Source of the DNA: Gammaproteobacteria bacterium
GTDB taxonomy: Bacteria; Pseudomonadota; Gammaproteobacteria; SURF-13
DNA length: 26,362 nt
Reading direction: 5' to 3'
NCBI GenBank assembly: GCA_043731445.1
Contig: JAYTIZ010000055.1
Span: 1-26,362, forward strand
The notes under the pieces were generated by a model, which did no database searches, was not told the DNA's origin, and saw nothing but the letters and a program-made list of their open reading frames with translations. Of the stretch, positions 20,043 through 26,362 are shown in pieces (position 1 is the stretch's first letter; each line of letters starts with the position of its first letter). The position numbers and the translations under genes are program-made.

Positions 20043-20597
20043 TTATTCGGGAATGACTTCCAGTTCAGGCTCAATGGTGTGCAGCAGATTTTCCACAGCG
20101 GACAAGGTACCTGCAAGCGAGCTGGGGCAACTGCCGCATGCACCCTGGTAATGAATGGTGAGTTGATTGCCGTCCAGACCGAGCACCTGTAAATCGCCAC
20201 CATCGGCCATCAGGTAAGGACGGATTTTTTCGTCTAACAGCGCATTGATCTTGCCGAGACGCTCTTCATCTTCTGGAGTCGCAGCGATGGCCTTATGCGC
20301 TTCACCGGCAGCATGCTCCACTGCCGATGCGCTCGCAGCCGCGCGGATGGGCACGGCAAGTTGCTTGAGCAGCTCTGGCCAGACCGTACCACCATCCTGC
20401 GTCACCGTGATCCAGCGATCTACATAGAACACATTGGTGACGTGGGGAATGGCGAACAGGGCAGAGGCGAGCGCGTCGGCCACTGCAGCGGCGGCATTAT
20501 CATAAGAGCGTGTAATGCCCCAGGTCAGCGGTTCTTTAAGCACGAACTTGATGGCGTTAGGGTTAGGCGTGCCTTCGATTTCAGATATTTTAGGCAT
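20043..20597 (-). CDS. Nfu-type Fe-S carrier (Nfu_N scaffold domain plus NifU C-terminal domain)
   Basis: TPNPNAIKF N-terminal domain. IRPYLMADGGD and GACGSCPSS (CxxC) in the C-terminal domain. Confidence 0.9.
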   Translation of the reverse strand: MPKISEIEGTPNPNAIKFVLKEPLTWGITRSYDNAAAAVADALASALFAIPHVTNVFYVDRWITVTQDGGTVWPELLKQLAVPIRAAASASAVEHAAGEAHKAIAATPEDEERLGKINALLDEKIRPYLMADGGDLQVLGLDGNQLTIHYQGACGSCPSSLAGTLSAVENLLHTIEPELEVIPE

Positions 20598-20600
20598 GAT

Positions 20601-21089
20601 CTATACGTTTCCGACCAGGGATTTCATTGGCTCCTCGTTACCTTCCGTGGAGGTGCTCTCTAGCGCGTTGACCGCAGCATGCAAGGTATGCCAAGGCAAA
20701 ATGGCGCATTTCACCCGCGATGGCAGCTCGCTCACACCCGCGAAGATACTCAATTTCCCCAAGTGATTGGACTCAGTTTCAGTGTTCAATTTTCCGGTTG
20801 CCATGGCGCGAAATTCTTGGATAAGTGTCTCGGCGTCTTGCACACTTTTTCCTTTGACGGTGGCCGTCATCATCGAGGCTGAGGCCTTGCATATTGCGCA
20901 ACTCTGGCCTTCAAAACTAATGCCCTCAATTACGTTATCGTGCAGGTTCAACGACAAAGTAATGTGATCGCCGCATAATGGATTATGACCTTCCGCTTTG
21001 CGGTTGGTTCCTTCCAGCGCGCCATAGTTACGCGGCCGCTTATTGTGGTCGAGGATCACTTCCTGGTAGAGCTGTTTGCTGTGATTCAT
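20601..21089 (-). CDS. sufU: SufU sulfur acceptor / NifU-N-like protein
   Basis: LYQEVILDH, GHNPLCGD, CAICKASASMM, PSRVKCAILPWH. Confidence 0.93.
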   Translation of the reverse strand: MNHSKQLYQEVILDHNKRPRNYGALEGTNRKAEGHNPLCGDHITLSLNLHDNVIEGISFEGQSCAICKASASMMTATVKGKSVQDAETLIQEFRAMATGKLNTETESNHLGKLSIFAGVSELPSRVKCAILPWHTLHAAVNALESTSTEGNEEPMKSLVGNV

Positions 21090-22351
21090 CAGGCGAACAT
21101 TTTCTGCACTTTGCGTATGCCAGCAATCAGTGCATCAATTTCCTCGAAGGTATTATAAAAGGCAAACGAGGCGCGCGCAGTAGCGGGAACACCGAAGCGT
21201 TTCATCACGGGCTGGGCGCAGTGATGTCCGGCACGGATGGCGATGCCATCTTCATTGAGGATCGTGCCCACATCATGCGGATGCACGCCGTCCACTTCGA
21301 AAGATATCAGCGAGGTTTTGTGTGCAGCGGTGCCAATGAGCCTGATGCCTTTCATCTTATTCAGTTCAACCGTTGCGTAATCCAATAGTTCAGTTTCATA
21401 CGCCGCGATCTGTGCAAGCCCGATGTTGCTCAGATAATCTATGGCTGCGCCCAGTCCAATGGCGGCGGCGATAGGGGGTGTGCCCGCCTCGAATTTATAA
21501 GGGATGGTGTTATACGTCGTCTTCTCAAAGGTGACGCTGAGAATCATGTCGCCGCCGCCCTGATAAGGCTGCATCTTCTCCAGCAGCGCGGCTTTGCCGT
21601 AGAGAATACCGATGCCGGTCGGTCCGCACATCTTGTGTCCAGAGAACGCATAGAAATCGCAATCCAGATCCTGCACATCCACAGGCAGATGCGGGGCGGC
21701 CTGTGCGCCGTCAAGCAGCACCGGGATACCGCGCTGATGTGCGGCGGTGATCATTTCCTTCACAGGGTTGATTGTGCCCAGGGCGTTAGAGACGTGCGCT
21801 ACGGCGACGAGCTTGGTGCGCTCATTAAGCAGGGTGTGATACTCATCGAGTAATAGCTCGCCTGCGTCATTCATTGGAATCACGCGCAGTCGCGCGTTCT
21901 TTTCCTCGCACAGCATTTGCCAGGGAACGATGTTGGAGTGATGCTCCAGGGCAGAGATAACGATTTCATCGCCTGCGCTGATAAAAGCGCGTCCATAACC
22001 GTGCATGACGAGATTAATGCCATCGGTTGTACCACGTGTGAAGATGATCTGGCGCTCATCACCCGCGTTCAAAAATGCGGCTATCGTGTGGCGCGCCTGC
22101 TCATATTCTGCGGTGGCGATTTCGCTTAAATAATGCACGGCACGGTGTACGTTGGCGTGCTCTTCTTTTTGATAACGTACCAGGCGATCAATCACCTGCT
22201 GAGGCATTTGACTACTGGCAGCATTATCGAGATAGACCAGCGGCTGGCCATCAAAACGACGTTGCAAAATAGGAAAATCTGCGCGAATACGGGACACGTC
22301 GAAACCGGCAGTAGATTTCTGGGTACGAAGAATGGGTTTAAGGTTACTCAT
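21089..22351 (-). CDS. sufS: Cysteine desulfurase, SufS (group II)
   Basis: YLDNAASSQ, ANVHRAVH, FSGHKMCGPTGIG, FEAGTP, RAGHHCAQP. Confidence 0.97.
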   Translation of the reverse strand: MSNLKPILRTQKSTAGFDVSRIRADFPILQRRFDGQPLVYLDNAASSQMPQQVIDRLVRYQKEEHANVHRAVHYLSEIATAEYEQARHTIAAFLNAGDERQIIFTRGTTDGINLVMHGYGRAFISAGDEIVISALEHHSNIVPWQMLCEEKNARLRVIPMNDAGELLLDEYHTLLNERTKLVAVAHVSNALGTINPVKEMITAAHQRGIPVLLDGAQAAPHLPVDVQDLDCDFYAFSGHKMCGPTGIGILYGKAALLEKMQPYQGGGDMILSVTFEKTTYNTIPYKFEAGTPPIAAAIGLGAAIDYLSNIGLAQIAAYETELLDYATVELNKMKGIRLIGTAAHKTSLISFEVDGVHPHDVGTILNEDGIAIRAGHHCAQPVMKRFGVPATARASFAFYNTFEEIDALIAGIRKVQKMFA

Positions 22352-23670
22352 GCGTTAGTTTTATCTAAAACGATTTGCCGCAGTTGTTTTTTAACCGAGG
22401 CCACTGGAATTCTGTCAATAATCTCCGCAGCAAAAGCATAGGTCAAAAGGTTACGTGCTGAAAGGTCAGTCAGGCCTCGGCTTTTCAGGTAAAACAATTC
22501 TTCCATATCCAACTGGCCGACGGTAGCGCCGTGCGCACACTTCACGTCATCAGCAAAAATTTCCAACTGCGGTTTGGTATTCACCTGGGCTTTGTCGGAC
22601 AACAAAAGATTCCGGCTGGACTGCCTGGAGTCGGTGAGTTGCGCGTCGGTACGTACCATGATCTTGCCGTTGAACACAGCCTGCGCAGCACCGTCTACGA
22701 TGCACTTGTGAAGTTGTTTGCTCGAACCGTGGGGCTGGGCGTGATCCATGAAGGTGTGGGTATCTGCAAGTTGGCGTCCAGAAATAAGCGCCAGCCCATC
22801 TAGAGTACACTGCGTTGCCTCGGCGGTTTGCACGACATTCAGATTGTAGCGCGACAGGCGTGCACCCAATGTCACGGTCGTGGAGATGTACGCACTCTCA
22901 CGTGCCAAGGTGACGGCGCACTGTGCAATGTGAAAGGCAGTACGGCTTTCGCGTTGCAGCCGCGTATGTTGCACGTGCGCATTTTCGGCTACGATTATTT
23001 CGGTCACGGCGTTCGTGAAATAGACATTCTCGCCAAGACCCACATATTCTTCGACGAGCGTGCAGCGGCTGCCGCGTTCTGCCACGATGAGCGCGCGCGG
23101 ATAACTAACGCTGGGTGAGTCGTGCGGTGTAGTGATGAACAGGAGTTGGACAGGTGCAGCGACTTCATGATCCGGTGCGATTACGATCACCGCGCCATCT
23201 GTGAAATGGGTGGTGTTGCGTGCGCTGAATATATTCTGATCAAAACGTGCGTGACGTGCGAAGTGTGTCTGGATAAGGGCACCGTATTTCGTCAGCGCAT
23301 CGGATAGGGTGCTGACCGTCACGCCTTCGTGCAGATCCTTGCAGGAAGAAAGTTCTGGTGCATGCACGCCATTCACAAATACCAGGCGACTCGCCGTGGC
23401 CTCTGCCGCGATGAACGGCCCGATATCCGCAAGACCTACTAAGGTATGCGTTGCGCTGGCGGGTGAGAAGTCATGCTTGAGCAGCGGCGCGAGATCGGTG
23501 AAACGCCAGTCCTCATCGCGCGAGGTGGGGTAAGCAAGTGCGTTGGCGTGTCGCGAAGCGTCGGCACGTAAGCTGTTCAGCCAGTTCGGTGCGCCAGGCA
23601 GAGCATTCGCGTGGTCAGCGGGTAGGCCATCCAGATAGGACTCTTTGGCGAGCTCCATCTTTGCATTCAT
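22348..23670 (-). CDS. sufD: Fe-S cluster assembly protein SufD
   Basis: [52 protein letters not shown]. Confidence 0.96.
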   Translation of the reverse strand: MNAKMELAKESYLDGLPADHANALPGAPNWLNSLRADASRHANALAYPTSRDEDWRFTDLAPLLKHDFSPASATHTLVGLADIGPFIAAEATASRLVFVNGVHAPELSSCKDLHEGVTVSTLSDALTKYGALIQTHFARHARFDQNIFSARNTTHFTDGAVIVIAPDHEVAAPVQLLFITTPHDSPSVSYPRALIVAERGSRCTLVEEYVGLGENVYFTNAVTEIIVAENAHVQHTRLQRESRTAFHIAQCAVTLARESAYISTTVTLGARLSRYNLNVVQTAEATQCTLDGLALISGRQLADTHTFMDHAQPHGSSKQLHKCIVDGAAQAVFNGKIMVRTDAQLTDSRQSSRNLLLSDKAQVNTKPQLEIFADDVKCAHGATVGQLDMEELFYLKSRGLTDLSARNLLTYAFAAEIIDRIPVASVKKQLRQIVLDKTNA

Positions 23671-24470
23671 GCAGACAGCCCTGCAGCGGAGCTGGCCGCG
23701 TCAAATTCAGCGCGTACCCAGTCGTAGCCGCGCGACTCAAGTTCTAAAGCGAGTTCCTTGCCGCCGGTCTTGACGATTTGTCCGTCTTCCATCACATGCA
23801 CGAAGTCGGGTGTAATGTAATTGAGCAGACGCTGGTAGTGAGTGACCAGAATGACGGCATTGTCCGCTGTAAGCAGACGGTTCACACCGCCTGCGACGAT
23901 GCGCAGCGCGTCAATATCCAGGCCAGAATCGGTTTCGTCGAGGATGGCAAGTTTTGGTTCCAGCACGGCCATCTGCAAAATCTCATTGCGCTTTTTTTCG
24001 CCGCCGGAAAAGCCATCATTTACGCTACGATCCAGAAAGCTTTCATCCATCTCGACGATTTTCATTTTTTCACGGATGAAGTCATCAAATTCGAGAGGGT
24101 CAAGCTCTTCGCACCCGCGTCCCGCCTGGACGGTGTTATAGGCGAGGCGTAAAAAAGCACTGTTACTCACGCCCGGAATTTCTACAGGATATTGAAAGGC
24201 CAGGAATACACCGGCGCGCGCACGGTCTTCTGTGCTCATCGTCAGCAGATCATTACCTTGAAACAGCACTTCACCACCGGTGACCTTATAAGACGGATGG
24301 CCTGCAAGTATCTTGGAAAGCGTGCTCTTGCCAGAACCGTTCGGCCCCATAATGGCATGCACTTCGCCTGCGCGCACGATGAGATCAATCCCTTTCAGGA
24401 TGTCTATGCCATTGACGCTGGCTGAGAGCTCGCGCACTTCCAGTAAGGTTTTGCTATTTTTAGTAATCAC
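23667..24470 (-). CDS. sufC: Fe-S cluster assembly ATPase SufC
   Basis: [58 protein letters not shown] start overlaps the sufB stop. Confidence 0.97.
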   Translation of the reverse strand: MITKNSKTLLEVRELSASVNGIDILKGIDLIVRAGEVHAIMGPNGSGKSTLSKILAGHPSYKVTGGEVLFQGNDLLTMSTEDRARAGVFLAFQYPVEIPGVSNSAFLRLAYNTVQAGRGCEELDPLEFDDFIREKMKIVEMDESFLDRSVNDGFSGGEKKRNEILQMAVLEPKLAILDETDSGLDIDALRIVAGGVNRLLTADNAVILVTHYQRLLNYITPDFVHVMEDGQIVKTGGKELALELESRGYDWVRAEFDAASSAAGLSA

Positions 24471-25903
24471 CCAACGCTTCCTTCCAGTTTCAGTTCTAAT
24501 AATTTAGTGGCTTCCACTGCGAACTCCATCGGTAGTTGCACGAATACATCTTTGCAGAAACCGTTGATGATCATGGAAATGGCTTCTTCGGTGCCGATGC
24601 CGCGTTGCGCGAAATAAAACAGTTGTTCCTCACCGATCTTGGACGTGGACGCCTCATGCTCGACCTTGGCAGTATTGTTCTGCACCTGAATATACGGGAA
24701 GGTATTCGCGCCGCAATGCGAACCGATTAACATCGAATCGCACTGTGAATAATTACGCGCGCCATCAGCCTTCGCGCCGACCTTCACCAGGCCACGATAA
24801 CTATTATTCGAATAACCGGCTGAGATACCTTTGCTGATGATCGTGCTACGCGTGTTCTTGCCGATATGGATCATCTTGGTGCCTGTGTCGGCCTGCTGTT
24901 TGTGGTTGGTCAGCGCGACAGAATAAAATTCACCGCTGGAGTTGTCGCCCAGTAACACACAGCTCGGATATTTCCAGGTGATGGCCGAACCGGTTTCCAC
25001 TTGTGTCCAGGAAATCTTGGAATTGATGCCCTTGCATAAGCCACGCTTGGTCACGAAGTTGTAAATGCCACCCACGCCGTTTTCATCGCCGGCATACCAG
25101 TTTTGCACGGTCGAGTATTTGATATTGGCGTTGTCGAGCGTGATCAATTCGACCACTGCCGCATGTAATTGATTGGTGTCGAAGCGTGGTGCAGTGCAGC
25201 CCTCGAGATAACTCACCGAGCTGCCTTCCTCGGCGATAATCAAGGTGCGCTCGAACTGACCAGATTCCTCGGTGTTGATACGGAAGTAAGTGCTTAATTC
25301 CATCGGGCACTTGGTATTTTTCGGGATAAACACGAATGAACCATCGGTGAATACGGCGGAGTTCAGTGCCGCGTAAAAATTGTCCGCGCTCGGCACGACG
25401 CTGCCCAGATATTTTTTTACCAGCTCAGGATGGTTTTGCACTGCTTCGGAGAATGAGCAGAAGATAATGCCGACTTCGGCCAGTTTGGCCTTATAGGTCG
25501 TCGCCACTGACACGCTGTCGAACACCACGTCCACCGCGACATTGGCGAGCGCCTTGCGCTCATTCATCGGGACGCCAAGTTTCTCGAAGGTACGAATCAA
25601 TTCCGGGTCTACTTCATCCATGCTGGCCAGTTTTTTCCTGGGCTTGGGCGCGGAGTAGTAGATCATGTCCTGGTAGTCAATCCTGGGATAATGCACGTTT
25701 GGCCAGGTCGGTTCGGTCATCGTTAGCCAATGGCGATAGGCTTGCAGGCGAAACTCCAACATCCACTCCGGCTCGTTTTTCTTCTGGGAAATGACGCGAA
25801 TAACGTCTTCGTTCAGCCCTTTAGGCAAGGTATCGGCCTCGATCTCGGTCTTAAAACCGTGCTCGTAGGGGCGATTAACCAGGGATTGCAGCGCTGCACT
25901 CAT
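24467..25903 (-). CDS. sufB: Fe-S cluster assembly protein SufB
   Basis: [56 protein letters not shown]. Confidence 0.98.
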   Translation of the reverse strand: MSAALQSLVNRPYEHGFKTEIEADTLPKGLNEDVIRVISQKKNEPEWMLEFRLQAYRHWLTMTEPTWPNVHYPRIDYQDMIYYSAPKPRKKLASMDEVDPELIRTFEKLGVPMNERKALANVAVDVVFDSVSVATTYKAKLAEVGIIFCSFSEAVQNHPELVKKYLGSVVPSADNFYAALNSAVFTDGSFVFIPKNTKCPMELSTYFRINTEESGQFERTLIIAEEGSSVSYLEGCTAPRFDTNQLHAAVVELITLDNANIKYSTVQNWYAGDENGVGGIYNFVTKRGLCKGINSKISWTQVETGSAITWKYPSCVLLGDNSSGEFYSVALTNHKQQADTGTKMIHIGKNTRSTIISKGISAGYSNNSYRGLVKVGAKADGARNYSQCDSMLIGSHCGANTFPYIQVQNNTAKVEHEASTSKIGEEQLFYFAQRGIGTEEAISMIINGFCKDVFVQLPMEFAVEATKLLELKLEGSVG

Positions 25904-25928
25904 TATGTCATTCCGGGCCTTTTGGCCT

Positions 25929-25953
25929 ATTCCTGAGTATTTTACTAGGGTAT
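25929..25953 (-). promoter_or_regulatory. IscR type-1-like operator, downstream site
   Basis: ATACCCTAGTAAAATACTCAGGAAT: 21/25 by hand against ATASYYGACTRWWWYAGTCRRSTAT. Confidence 0.65.
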
Positions 25954-25954
25954 T

Positions 25955-25983
25955 ACTATAGTAAACCTGACTGATTTGTTCAA
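25955..25983 (-). promoter_or_regulatory. sigma70 promoter of the suf operon
   Basis: TTGAAC-N17-TATAGT. Confidence 0.7.
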
Positions 25984-25987
25984 GTAT
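25963..25987 (-). promoter_or_regulatory. IscR type-1-like operator, upstream site
   Basis: ATACTTGAACAAATCAGTCAGGTTT: 22/25 by hand against the same consensus. Covers the -35 and spacer. Confidence 0.72.
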
Positions 25988-26087
25988 TTTTCCCTCGCGC
26001 TGGCAGCTTAGCCAAATCGACTAAACTGACGTGCGGTGGGGCGCAGTGATAGAATGCCGCGCCTGTTCACAGTCTTGGAGTGTGCCC

Positions 26088-26362
26088 GTGAATTATAGTA
26101 AGATCGCCATCCCGGCCAGTGGCGAGAGGATTAGCGTCAACGCCGACCAGTCCCTAAAAGTCCCTAACCGGCCCATTATTCCGTTCATCGAAGGCGATGG
26201 GATAGGTGTGGACATTACACCCGTGATGCGCCATGTCGTGGATGCGGCGGTCGCCAAGGCCTACAGTGGCAAGAAAACCATCGCCTGGATGGAAGTCTAC
26301 GCTGGGGAAAAAGCAGTGAAGGTGTATGGCAACGACACCTGGTTGCCCGACGAAACGCTGCA
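26088..26362 (+). CDS. icd: NADP-dependent isocitrate dehydrogenase (5' part; runs off the window end)
   Basis: Manual translation from GTG at 26088 (GGAG upstream): [15 protein letters not shown]...[17 protein letters not shown]...[10 protein letters not shown]...WLPDETL. Confidence 0.95.
   Translation, partial: MNYSKIAIPASGERISVNADQSLKVPNRPIIPFIEGDGIGVDITPVMRHVVDAAVAKAYSGKKTIAWMEVYAGEKAVKVYGNDTWLPDETL

Noticed and set aside
20030-20203. N-terminal extension of the Rieske protein
   Set aside because: It overlaps nfu out of frame, and the RBS supports the start at 20029.
25907-25917. GTCATTCCGGG as a second copy of the REP-like element
   Set aside because: Only 8 nt match and there is no GGGAAT partner.

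Overview
Chromosomal housekeeping region, probably from a gamma/beta-type proteobacterium (inferred from gene order). In order: 5' part of uvrB (-), aspartate aminotransferase (+), a minus-strand glcD-glcE-DUF853(HerA-like)-alanine:glyoxylate aminotransferase block with no glcF, tRNA-Asn(GTT), comEA, prmB, ilvI-ilvH-ilvC-pssA-leuA, a dienelactone hydrolase, a short-type transaldolase, sufB-C-D-S-U-nfu-Rieske ferredoxin, and the start of icd. Three AT-richer single-gene insertions interrupt this backbone: a HEPN-like protein (RNDIAH), an exported orphan abutting the tRNA 3' end, and a PD-(D/E)XK-like protein. Signals missing from the ORF track: a 28-codon Leu-rich leader peptide upstream of leuA with no canonical U-tract terminator, tandem IscR type-1-like sites over a sigma70 promoter of a suf operon that has no local regulator gene, a palindrome of similar geometry over the ilvI -35, and a paired ATTCCC-N8-GGGAAT (dRS3/REP-like) element. 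No CRISPR, transposase, integrase or prophage genes were seen. I found no multi-gene system that is clearly novel; the best leads are these regulatory elements and the orphan nuclease-like genes. All family calls come from motif recognition, with no database searches.
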